A stretch of 64,000 nucleotides of DNA, taken from an uncultured Hyphomicrobiales bacterium. GTDB lineage: Bacteria > Pseudomonadota > Alphaproteobacteria > Rhizobiales > HXMU1428-3. Positions 9,653 through 18,562 of the stretch are shown here, one piece after another (within the stretch, counting starts at the first letter, position 1; the number at the start of each line of letters is the position of its first letter). The position numbers and the translations under genes are program-made. Location of the stretch: contig CAXIBI010000001.1 in NCBI GenBank assembly GCA_964022305.1, forward strand, positions 4,208 through 68,207, written 5' to 3'. The notes beneath the pieces are model-generated. The model worked only from the letters and a program-made list of their open reading frames with translations. It was not told the origin of the DNA and made no database searches.

Positions 9653-12160
9653 TTACCCTTTATCAGTACCGTCTTTTTCTGAATTGTCGTTGGTTGTGTC
9701 TGCGATGATTTCTTTTAGGTTCTCGCTTACATCTTCAGTTTTGTTTTCGGCTAGGTCCTTGTGGGTTGTTTCTTCTTGCATAGCCTGCTCGTCAGATTGT
9801 GCAGGTACACTATTTTCATTTGCACCTTGCAAGCTCTGCTTGATTGTTTGCAGGCGTTGCCAGATAGAGTTTTTCTCTTCGCCGCCAGACTTTAATTGTT
9901 CATCACCACGGCCAACTAACGGGACTGAAGGTGTCGTGTCTTTATCATCTAAGCTTTGTTCTTGCTGATTATCTAATTCAGTGGTTTCAGTGGCATGCTT
10001 AAGATCCATGCCGAATGACTTCTTTTGTGGACCGCTTTTCATAAATGTCTTGCGGGCCTCACCTTTATTGATAATGGCGCCTTTTTGAGTTTGGCCAAAC
10101 TGGTTGAGATCAAAACCTTTTTGGATATTTTGTAATTTTTCTTCCGCATTGTTTTTCCGTGGGAGTGCTTTTGGTTTTTTAACAGCCGGTTTGTTAAACT
10201 GATCCCAAAGATAAACCTGGCGTGCCAGATTTTGATAGAAGGTTTCTTCAATATGATAGGCAGAAGGATTATGTCGATCGAGCTTGATGTTGTCGCCAGC
10301 AATGGTCAGCACTTTGTTCACATATTGCTTTTCTTCACTTCTTAGATTTTTCATATCGATGACAGCCAAATAGCCTTGTTCTGGCGAGGGGCCGCTGATG
10401 GATCTAAAGAATATTTTTTTCGTTCTTATATCTTCTGGTTCATGGCCATAAATCTCAGTTGACATACCCAGCCCATATTTCATGACATCTGCCTGGCTGC
10501 CTGTGTTTTCATAAGACGCTGTTTTCGCGCCAATTAAACCTGCAATAAAGACAAGACTATCAATGGCAATCGCAAGCCCTAAGGCGAGATAAGCTAACCA
10601 GTTGCCATCATCAAAAGCATTGAGTGTCACGACAAAGTTTTTGGCTTTATCATCGCGGTTCAGGTCAATGCGGCTTAAGATATTGCGAAATGAGTTTGCA
10701 TCTTTTTCTGGCAAGCCTGAGCCTTGAATACAGCGCTGGCCAAGTTTGAGCAGACTGTCGATTTTGGTTGAGCGACGGCCTTTGCCGATGGTGCATTTTT
10801 TAGCCTGAGATAATTGAGCGGCTTGCAGAGTGAAAATCCTCGCCGCAACAGTGGCTGTGGCAGCACCAGGCTCACAAGAGATAGATCTAATCTCAGTGGC
10901 GATTTTAGGCACCTCAGTTAGGGCGTTATGAAGATTGGTACAATTTTTTTGGATATTTAAAAAGGTTGCTTTGCTTGGCTCTTGCCCGAACTGATCCCTT
11001 GCCGCATCTAAACTATCTATGCTTGCAGTCGCCGATAAATCTTGTGTTATATTTTCTGACTGGCGTTTGGTTTGCGCTTCAATAAATTGTTTTGCGACAG
11101 AGGCTTTGCCTTCAATTTTAGCAACTTCACCGTTGATCAGCTCCAGCTCCTGGTTAAGCTTGGCGACTTTTTCATCTAACTGCTCGAGGCGCGTTGCGGC
11201 TAAATCTTTTTGTGTGTTGATCACATCGCGCTCTGCATTGATACGGCGCTCTTCTTTTTTTATCGCTCTGAATTTAGGGCCTTCGCCTTCTCTGCCAGTT
11301 GAGCCAATGCCTTTGGCTTCTTTAGCAGCTTCAGCTAGCTTTTGATCAAGCAAGCGTTGTTTTTCTCGTAATTGCTGACGCAATTGGTCAACTTCAGCGC
11401 TAAGGCCTGGTCGGTCTGCATTAAGGCGATTGATGCCTTGCTCAATTTTTAATTGCTGGGCTTTTAAGGCTGCCTTTTGTCCTTTGGCTTGAGCTAAAGT
11501 TTCTTGATGGCGCGCTATTTCAGCTTGTTCGCCGCGCAATTTATTTAACAGTTGTTGCTCAACCAACTCAGGCGCTGATCGTGCGATTTTACCCATTTTA
11601 TCGAGGCGGTCATTATAATCTTTCCACCCGGCTGAATTGAACAAACCATCAATTGCTTCAAATTTGCGTTGCTCTACTCGTTTTTTAAGGTCAGTTAAGA
11701 CACCGCTCACCTGATTTTGAGCTCTGATTTCACCAGCGCGTTGGCGTTCTTCTTCTGAGAAGATTGAACTGAACAAACTGTCAAAAGAAAAGAAAACTGA
11801 AATTGCCATCGCAAAAAAGAATATGGCCCAGATCATCCAGACTTTAAAAAATGAAAGCGGCCCCATTACAGCGTGAACAAGCAAGTTTCTTTGTTCACCG
11901 CCGTCTTTTTTATTTTTCGTCGGGACTAAAGTTTCACCTATCATCCATGCGCTAACAAGCATGATCCCTTGAACACCAAATGTGATGAGAAAACAAAGCA
12001 CAGGAGAGCGGGTGAAGTTTGTCATGCCTTCAAATGTCGTCCAGCCAGAGGCCAGTGAAAGCGCTAGGCTGGTTAGCCCCATGAGGAATAGCCGCTCATT
12101 CGTCAACGCTGTTCGCATCAAGCCACCAAAAACCATTGCTGGTGCGCGCAATAATGACAT
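9653..12160 (-). CDS. Orphan 835-aa polytopic membrane protein with a long coiled coil (third gene of the orphan trio)
   Basis: About 4 N-terminal TM helices (aa ~25-125). Heptad-rich, charged segment at aa ~135-385 (EIARHQETLAQAKGQKAALKAQQLKIEQ...). A further TM helix, WLAYLALGLAIAIDSLVFIAGLIGA (aa ~540). Acidic low-complexity tail. I spotted no Walker A or other catalytic motif. Confidence 0.75.
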   Translation of the reverse strand: MSLLRAPAMVFGGLMRTALTNERLFLMGLTSLALSLASGWTTFEGMTNFTRSPVLCFLITFGVQGIMLVSAWMIGETLVPTKNKKDGGEQRNLLVHAVMGPLSFFKVWMIWAIFFFAMAISVFFSFDSLFSSIFSEEERQRAGEIRAQNQVSGVLTDLKKRVEQRKFEAIDGLFNSAGWKDYNDRLDKMGKIARSAPELVEQQLLNKLRGEQAEIARHQETLAQAKGQKAALKAQQLKIEQGINRLNADRPGLSAEVDQLRQQLREKQRLLDQKLAEAAKEAKGIGSTGREGEGPKFRAIKKEERRINAERDVINTQKDLAATRLEQLDEKVAKLNQELELINGEVAKIEGKASVAKQFIEAQTKRQSENITQDLSATASIDSLDAARDQFGQEPSKATFLNIQKNCTNLHNALTEVPKIATEIRSISCEPGAATATVAARIFTLQAAQLSQAKKCTIGKGRRSTKIDSLLKLGQRCIQGSGLPEKDANSFRNILSRIDLNRDDKAKNFVVTLNAFDDGNWLAYLALGLAIAIDSLVFIAGLIGAKTASYENTGSQADVMKYGLGMSTEIYGHEPEDIRTKKIFFRSISGPSPEQGYLAVIDMKNLRSEEKQYVNKVLTIAGDNIKLDRHNPSAYHIEETFYQNLARQVYLWDQFNKPAVKKPKALPRKNNAEEKLQNIQKGFDLNQFGQTQKGAIINKGEARKTFMKSGPQKKSFGMDLKHATETTELDNQQEQSLDDKDTTPSVPLVGRGDEQLKSGGEEKNSIWQRLQTIKQSLQGANENSVPAQSDEQAMQEETTHKDLAENKTEDVSENLKEIIADTTNDNSEKDGTDKG

Positions 12161-12381
12161 TTAGATTAAACCCCCGCTTGGTACTAAAAATTTTGCAACT
12201 TACAATAATTTCACGATAAAAATCGTTTCACAATCACATCCATTTTTAAGCTCGGATGACTATAGCAGCTTTCATGGGCCTATTGAAATGAAAGCTCATC
12301 TTATCTAGCAGAAAATGAGGGCATTATCTTTACAGAAAAGGCAAGGGTATGACGTGAATGAAGATTATTCACTCTTTTTTA

Positions 12382-12534
12382 GTGCTCCTTCAGTTGCCCA
12401 CCAGCAACCGTCGCTTTATCTCTCACGGCTATTCTGCCGCTGAAGCGGCAGGCCTGCGAGGCGCGGCGCTAAGCGCCGGGCAGCTGGCGCTGCCATGTCC
12501 TACTGCCCTGAAAAAGGGCAGTACTCCTTCTTCG
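12382..12534 (+). repeat. PU plus modular intergenic repeat, copy B (between trio genes, antisense to them)
   Basis: gtgctccttcagttgcccaccagcaaccg is followed by TCTCTCACGGCTATT, hairpin ctgccgc-tgaa-gcggcag, GGCGCTAAGCGCC, GCCATGTCC, hairpin tactgccct-gaaaa-agggcagta and CTCCTTCTTCG. Confidence 0.85.
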
Positions 12535-12579
12535 TCTAGTCAGAATTTAAATCTATTCTCACCAACTATTTGAACTTAA

Positions 12580-15500
12580 CTAGAAAGTTGAACGTTTTAG
12601 GCCCGTGCTGACGCGGAAGGTTTTTTGGCCGATTGAGAGTTCAGTTTCTTCTGCTTTTAAGGTCTTGAGTGACCACTTTTGTTGCTCGGGCCCACTATCA
12701 CTGCCTTCATTTGCTTGCTGGCCCGGATGATCGTCAACTGGTAAATTAATCAGTGTTTGATAACAAAGATCGAGATAAGATTGCCATTCAGCCCCTGCTA
12801 TGGCCCATTGCTCGGTTGAAGCTCTGTCCAAATCATCTAGATAAGTTTGGCAATAAACGGCTCTTGGATCTTCGTTCAGTAAGCTTCCAAATCCAGGTAA
12901 AGTTTCAATGAGTTGAACTGATGAGCTTTGTCGTGGCAACAGGCCATTTGAGTTGGCTTGTTCAACGACGATAAGCTTGCCTTTTTCAGCTACTGAGATC
13001 ATGTCAGTTTCACCCTCTAGACTATCTGACAAGGGCACCAATATCAGGTTTGATGTTTGCTTGGTGTGTGGAGCTGTATCTTGATAGTGAAATAATTCAA
13101 GCGCGCCTAAAGAGGTTGCTGATTTGGCGGCTTTGTAATTTTTAGGCAGTGGTAATAAACGAAACTCCAAAGTTTTCGCCGTGCTTTCAAGTAATTTTTT
13201 CAAAGGACCAAAAAGACATGTCCCACCAGAAGCTGATAGCACTCTCTCAAATTTCTCATTTGTTTTTGGAAAGGCCTGCTCGATAGAGCGGGGCAGGAGC
13301 TCAGCAACAAAAGCTAAGTAAGTTGAGAGCGGTCCAACTTTTTGTGCCAACAGCTCACTATTTACTCTTAATTCGATGTGCCAGGTTTTTCCCTCATTAG
13401 AGCTGATACAAACCAGTTGCTCACCGCGCAATCCATGCCACAAACTTATAGGCTCGTCAGCTGGCTCAATTGAAGAAGGTAGGGTGAGAGGATAATCATC
13501 CTCTCTTTCAGACCTTCCTAAAACGATGTGCAAGTCGTTGCCTGCTTGGTCTTTTGCCGTCTCGGCTGCGTAAAGGGCGCGGCGTAAGTCATTTAAAAAT
13601 TGGTTTTGTCTATAGGCTGTTTCTGTCTCTTGGCTTTCAGCGTCTTTAATTTCTTCAGTTGAAGTTGGAAACTCTGACTGTTTGATAATCTGCGCCCCAG
13701 CGCTCAAGGCTGTTTCGATTGTCTGAGCTATTTCTTTTGACAATGCGAGCTCTAAAGCTCTCCCCCCGAAGGGTAGTTCAATTAAACCATGAACTTGCTC
13801 AAGAAGAGCATTGGTTTCCCCAACCCAGCCCGTTTGAGCGCAATATGCTGCATGGCTCGCGCCAATATCTATATGTATTTGCTGTACTTTTCTGGCTCTT
13901 GCAGGTTGATCCTGAATGGCCATGGTTTTTAGTGCATGATAACTCGACGCTAAGATTTCGTCGACCAAGAGCACATTATCTTTCGCTTGATCTGGCCCTT
14001 TAAGCCCGAGGAGTTCGGCCATGGGGCCCATTTCTAGAAAAGACCCTTGCTCAAATTTCGTGAGTGTATTGGCACCTGCTAATTGATAGCGCCTTTTAGC
14101 TGCTTGGCTTAGATTGCTTGAATGTGTGAGGGCTAGAACTGACCCTCTATTCACCTGGCTTGATTTTTGTTTTTGCTCACCTTCCGCAAGGGATGGTGTC
14201 AGGCTCAATTTGCTACCGAAATAATTATAGAGCTCATCTAAAACATCAGACATCAACCGCTCTGAATTTAAAGAGGCGGTTAAACCAGTTTTAAAATGCT
14301 CTGTCTCTAAAGGAGCTGTTTCTCCTTTTTGTGCAATCTCATTTGTTTTCACACGGGCCGCTGTTAGATATGTGGGCGGCGCTTTTTTTATTTCTTTTAA
14401 ATCTTTGGAATACAAGCCGTGAGACGCTGGTTCTTCTATATTATTTGTTTGTGAGAAAATTCGTTTTAAATTCTTCTTTTCTCCAGCTTGTTTTTTTCCT
14501 TTAGGTGGCAGGGCAATGTCATAGGTTCGCTGCATCGCTGTTAAACGTTCATCTAACGAGGATGTCTTCCAAGATGATTTACTGAATGAAACTTTTAAAG
14601 GGTTTGTTTTAAGAGGCCAATAGTCATCATCGAGTTCTGTTTCTTTTGGTTCAGTATCTAGGCGCCCAGAGAGAGACAATTTTGAAGGTATAAAGGCTTT
14701 ATCCAAATAGTGGTCAGGTGATATTTCTCCTAATGCAATATTTTGAAATTCTTTTTTCTCTTCAGTATTTTGTGTTTCCTTTGATTGGAAAGCGGCCATT
14801 GCCAGGGACTTGGAGCCGATATCAATTGAGATAAACTGAGAGTAAGTTTTCTCGACTTGTTTAATCGAGATTTTAAAATTTTCAGTTTTTTGTTTATCTG
14901 GCGAGAAACATTTGAGTTTAAACTCACCTTTTTGAGCTTTTTGTTTTTTATTGAGTGCGATCTGGTTGAGTAATATCAACTGATGCTGCTGAGAGCTTAA
15001 TTCTGTGACTTCTGGTTTTACATTATAAAATTCTGCATCTTTTGATGACGGCGTGATGGCAACGTTTACCGGTCCATCTGATAAACCAAGCCCATAATAT
15101 TGCAGTGAGAGAAACTGACTGGCAGGACATTCAATTTCTGGCCCCGTTACTAAAAGTTCACCAAAGATGTTGTCATCTGATTGCTCTGTTGTGTCTCTGT
15201 TTACAGGCAGACATAGTGGAGCTGACATTCCCGCGCCGTCTTGGAGTATCAACCAGTCATTCTCATCAAATTGAATTGAGAACTGACATTCAACCGAAAT
15301 ATTGCCGCCTGGTTCAGGAATGATGAGTTCTAACAGTGCATGCAATGGTTGGTTATTATTAGCGGCTCTGATTGAGGCCATCTCTAGCCATAAAGGATCA
15401 TTTATCGGCGCAGCAATGCTTAGGGTCCAAGGGCCTCGTTTTTCTTTCGGTGCAGATGGTAATAAGGGACCAAATGCTTTTGCTCCTTTAGGGAAATTTT

Positions 15501-16230
15501 TATTTTGCGCATGAGGGAACGCTTTATAAATTTCTTCATAAGCGTGTTCATCTTCAATGAATTCGCCAGGGAGTTCTGTTGAGCCCTCATAAATTCGCAA
15601 TTTTTCAATCAGGCTATTTCGCAATGGTTGCCAGGTATCTGATAGTTTGATTGTAGAGAGCAGCAAGCGTTTATCTGAGCGCGGATCTAAGGGCCCTAAA
15701 TTTGATTTGACCATTGCGCTTGCTATATCAATACGTCCTTGCGCCCCACATGCAATTGGGTAGAGTAAGTGCTGTTCTTTTGAAGGTTGGACAGGCTCGA
15801 GCCCTAGTAAACATTTTGCTTTGGGGCCATAATAAAGCTTTACCTCTAAATTCATCACTCCTTGATCTTCTCTGATGCAACTTTCATCGTTTTCATCAAG
15901 TTCAGTGATTTCAACTTCCAAGTAGAAAGTCTCTTTTAGAGAAAAGGTTTCTATTTGCTCTCTTAATAGCGCTTGGTTGGTATAAAGGCTTGCTTCATTT
16001 GCCTGGTTGTTATCATCTCTTGTGATTTCGCGCCCTGCAGCTGCATGCTGCGTGAACCAGGTCAGCAAATTTAAAGGGACTTTATATGGCTTTTCATTGC
16101 GAGCTGGACGCAATCTGATTTCTTGGATGCGCAAGGCTACGCTTCTTGCATGTTCAAAAGAAACAGAGGCCAGAAATTCATGCTCGCCAGGACTGGCTAG
16201 ATTAATATGCGCTGATCGTTTTTTTACCAT
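12580..16230 (-). CDS. Orphan 1216-aa protein with actin/Hsp70/FtsA-PilM-fold ATPase signatures (middle gene of the trio)
   Basis: Three motifs occur in the canonical order. Phosphate-1-like FISIDIGSKSLAMAAF (aa 465-481, nt 14806-14832). Phosphate-2-like IHIDIGASHAAY (aa 785-796, nt 13843-13878), followed by ELPFGGRALELAL. Adenosine-like VLSASGGTCLFGPL (aa 997-1010, nt 13201-13242). The ~460-aa N-terminal region has no recognisable motif. Confidence 0.75.
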   Translation of the reverse strand: MVKKRSAHINLASPGEHEFLASVSFEHARSVALRIQEIRLRPARNEKPYKVPLNLLTWFTQHAAAGREITRDDNNQANEASLYTNQALLREQIETFSLKETFYLEVEITELDENDESCIREDQGVMNLEVKLYYGPKAKCLLGLEPVQPSKEQHLLYPIACGAQGRIDIASAMVKSNLGPLDPRSDKRLLLSTIKLSDTWQPLRNSLIEKLRIYEGSTELPGEFIEDEHAYEEIYKAFPHAQNKNFPKGAKAFGPLLPSAPKEKRGPWTLSIAAPINDPLWLEMASIRAANNNQPLHALLELIIPEPGGNISVECQFSIQFDENDWLILQDGAGMSAPLCLPVNRDTTEQSDDNIFGELLVTGPEIECPASQFLSLQYYGLGLSDGPVNVAITPSSKDAEFYNVKPEVTELSSQQHQLILLNQIALNKKQKAQKGEFKLKCFSPDKQKTENFKISIKQVEKTYSQFISIDIGSKSLAMAAFQSKETQNTEEKKEFQNIALGEISPDHYLDKAFIPSKLSLSGRLDTEPKETELDDDYWPLKTNPLKVSFSKSSWKTSSLDERLTAMQRTYDIALPPKGKKQAGEKKNLKRIFSQTNNIEEPASHGLYSKDLKEIKKAPPTYLTAARVKTNEIAQKGETAPLETEHFKTGLTASLNSERLMSDVLDELYNYFGSKLSLTPSLAEGEQKQKSSQVNRGSVLALTHSSNLSQAAKRRYQLAGANTLTKFEQGSFLEMGPMAELLGLKGPDQAKDNVLLVDEILASSYHALKTMAIQDQPARARKVQQIHIDIGASHAAYCAQTGWVGETNALLEQVHGLIELPFGGRALELALSKEIAQTIETALSAGAQIIKQSEFPTSTEEIKDAESQETETAYRQNQFLNDLRRALYAAETAKDQAGNDLHIVLGRSEREDDYPLTLPSSIEPADEPISLWHGLRGEQLVCISSNEGKTWHIELRVNSELLAQKVGPLSTYLAFVAELLPRSIEQAFPKTNEKFERVLSASGGTCLFGPLKKLLESTAKTLEFRLLPLPKNYKAAKSATSLGALELFHYQDTAPHTKQTSNLILVPLSDSLEGETDMISVAEKGKLIVVEQANSNGLLPRQSSSVQLIETLPGFGSLLNEDPRAVYCQTYLDDLDRASTEQWAIAGAEWQSYLDLCYQTLINLPVDDHPGQQANEGSDSGPEQQKWSLKTLKAEETELSIGQKTFRVSTGLKRSTF

Positions 16231-16310
16231 AAGCCCTCAAATAATCGATATTTGAGGCAATATACAGACTTAAATTATGTTTATGGAAAGTTTTTTGTTG
16301 GGTTTTGTTT

Positions 16311-16430
16311 TCTCTCACGGCTATTTCTAGCGCTGAAGCGCTAGAGCCTACGAGGTGCGGCGTAACACGCCGGGCTACGCTAACGCTTCGCCATGTCCCT
16401 CAGTCCGAAGTGGACTGAGCTCCTTCTTCG
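16311..16430 (+). repeat. Modular intergenic repeat, copy C (between trio genes, antisense to them)
   Basis: TCTCTCACGGCTATT, hairpin ctagcgc-tgaa-gcgctag, ggcgt-aac-acgcc, GCCATGTCC, hairpin ctcagtcc-gaag-tggactgag, CTCCTTCTTCG. Confidence 0.85.
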
Positions 16431-16473
16431 TATTTCAATGTCAGTGTTAAGGGTGGTTATTTATTTCTTGGCC

Positions 16474-18423
16474 TTATCTTGAAAGAATCAGTCGGGCGTG
16501 TTGGGCGGAGGCGTGGAAGCGTTCTGCTGCATCCGAAAGAATCGTCATCATGCGAAGGCGGAGCATCATTTCATCTGTTAATGGCGCTTTCGCAGACTCT
16601 AATTCAAAATTAGCTTCTTCTTGAGAGGGAAGCGTTTTACCTAACCGTGTGACATGCTCTAGTACGACTTCTTTACGGCCTGTTCTTGCCAGATGATCTG
16701 TCATTGATTGAAGGATGGTAATCACTTGCTCTGCTGGTAAAAGTGAAGGATCTAATATGATCGCTTCAAAACTTTCAGCCAAAGCGCGGCTGTTAATAAG
16801 CGCATGGATCCATTGGTGAGAAACCACTGATGGCGGCAAAAGACGACGCGCCAAAGCTGCTGCATCCTGGATATATCCCTCTCCAGAAAGAGCAAAAATT
16901 GTAAAGCTGATATTTAAGCGCTGTGTAAAGGCCCAATCACCCGTCTCTAAAATACAAGCCACCATGTCAGAGACTTGCTCATACTCAGACAATGCTACGA
17001 GTTGCTCTGGTGTGAGATAAGAAAGATTTGAAACATATTGACGCAAACCATCAGCGGCACCTTCGATAATTCTTGAACGATATTCAAGGAATGGCTCTGA
17101 TGTTGGTAAGCGGCCTGCCAAACAAAGCAAATCTTCCATTTGGCTTAAGAACTGAATATCCCCGCTATCGAACTGCTCATCTCTAATGGCGCAGCCAAGG
17201 CTTAATGAGAGGTCAAAAATTTCTGATTTGAAATTTTCTTTAACTGTCTCTAGCAATTGCTCATAAATATGAGGGGCGCTGTCAAAATCTGAAAAGAGGG
17301 TGTAGAGCCCAGCTATATGAGGCGTTGTGTCATCACCTCGTAGCAATGCCTCAAGAGCTAAAAGACGTGGTTGATCTGTTGCGCTTTCTGGTAGAAGGGA
17401 TGAGGCTTCAACTCTCATATTGATGCCAATTTCGTTTAGAACCTGACCTAGAGAGGCGCTGGTTTCCCGCGCCAGACCACTTAATTCTTCAAACAGGCTA
17501 TCTTCTTCGAATAGTTCATCATTATCTTCAAAATCATCATATTCTGAGAGTTCGAGCTCTGGCGCGTAGATGTTTTTCAAACGACCTGCAAGCAATCCTC
17601 TTACTTCCTGGCAAGTGCTCTCTAAAGTCGCCCCTAATGGTAGGGCTGCCACAGGCTTGGTAAATGCTCCTTGTGAGATTTCACGATCATCAAAATATTG
17701 TAGTGTGCAAATTGGTTGGCGATGCTGAAAACCATATGAAAAAGAAACAGTGTGACGAAGAGCTGATGGAAGTAATTTAAATACGTAGGCAAGTGAAGCT
17801 AGAAATTCTTGCGTTGAGCTAAAGCTTTCTTTGCCGAATTGACCTGGATAACCAGAGGCAAGAGCCCCTAAAATTAGCCCCACACCTAACGGCAATTCAG
17901 CTAAGCTTAGATCTTCAGTCTGGTTTGGCTCTAACTTGGCTGTGTTTACAACTTTGCAACCACTTAAACCTGGCTCAAGATATTTTTCAGTTTCAAAAGG
18001 GGCTTTTGAGAGATTTAAAATTAGCTCAGGAGCATGGCGCTCCCAAAGACGCGCATTAATGACAAAACTTGAGGCGAACAAGTTCTCTTGCTTAATTTTC
18101 GCGGATGTATCACCAATGATTTTTACTTGGCTTGCTGCGACCCAGTTATGATTTGGATTAGCATTTGGCTCATAAAAGGGACGAGTGGCTCTTACGCATA
18201 AACCACCGTTTTCTCTCGCATTTTTTGATAATAGTGAGCCTACATCATGCGCTCCGACCATGCCATCAAGTTCACAAAGTGGACGTGCATCATCTGGAAA
18301 ACCATTACTTACATTTTGGCAAGCCATTGTTTGATCTGGGTGTGGGTTCTTTGTTTCTTGGCAAAGAAGGGTCCCAATTGAGAAAACATGAGCGTCGACA
18401 CTTGTTGGAAATTGAAGCAGCAT
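16474..18423 (-). CDS. Orphan 649-aa soluble protein (first gene of the trio)
   Basis: Long uninterrupted ORF on the same strand as its neighbours. Acidic linker ELELSEYDDFEDNDELFEEDSLFEEL around aa 290-320, and a helical-looking C-terminal half. No TM segment, P-loop or family motif recognised. Confidence 0.7.
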   Translation of the reverse strand: MLLQFPTSVDAHVFSIGTLLCQETKNPHPDQTMACQNVSNGFPDDARPLCELDGMVGAHDVGSLLSKNARENGGLCVRATRPFYEPNANPNHNWVAASQVKIIGDTSAKIKQENLFASSFVINARLWERHAPELILNLSKAPFETEKYLEPGLSGCKVVNTAKLEPNQTEDLSLAELPLGVGLILGALASGYPGQFGKESFSSTQEFLASLAYVFKLLPSALRHTVSFSYGFQHRQPICTLQYFDDREISQGAFTKPVAALPLGATLESTCQEVRGLLAGRLKNIYAPELELSEYDDFEDNDELFEEDSLFEELSGLARETSASLGQVLNEIGINMRVEASSLLPESATDQPRLLALEALLRGDDTTPHIAGLYTLFSDFDSAPHIYEQLLETVKENFKSEIFDLSLSLGCAIRDEQFDSGDIQFLSQMEDLLCLAGRLPTSEPFLEYRSRIIEGAADGLRQYVSNLSYLTPEQLVALSEYEQVSDMVACILETGDWAFTQRLNISFTIFALSGEGYIQDAAALARRLLPPSVVSHQWIHALINSRALAESFEAIILDPSLLPAEQVITILQSMTDHLARTGRKEVVLEHVTRLGKTLPSQEEANFELESAKAPLTDEMMLRLRMMTILSDAAERFHASAQHARLILSR

Positions 18424-18562
18424 AATACTATCCGAAACTATATAAAACCAATCTCAACATTGCCTGCCCGATGTTAATATGGAGTTACCAAGTTTGTAAG
18501 ATAGCTAAAATTATTCAAAAATTTTGTTTTATATTTCGTCTTATTTTAAAGGTTTTTTAAGC

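Noticed and set aside
12352-12381. Plus-strand hairpin gtgaat-gaagatt-attcac followed by tctttttt as a terminator or sRNA end
   Set aside because: The stem is only 6 bp and AT-rich, and there is no upstream + strand gene or promoter evidence. It lies just before repeat copy B and may be part of its flank.
12358-12573. 71-aa + strand ORF in the gap between the 835-aa and 1216-aa genes
   Set aside because: It is composed almost entirely of the palindromic unit and repeat copy B. The equivalent frames are not preserved in the other repeat copies, and the translation is low-complexity Ala/Leu/Ser/Gly.
18337-18345. HPD tripeptide in the 649-aa protein as a possible J-domain partner for the Hsp70-like giant
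   Set aside because: The surrounding sequence (ETKNPHPDQTMACQ) lacks the helix II/III context and basic residues of J domains. It is most likely a chance tripeptide.
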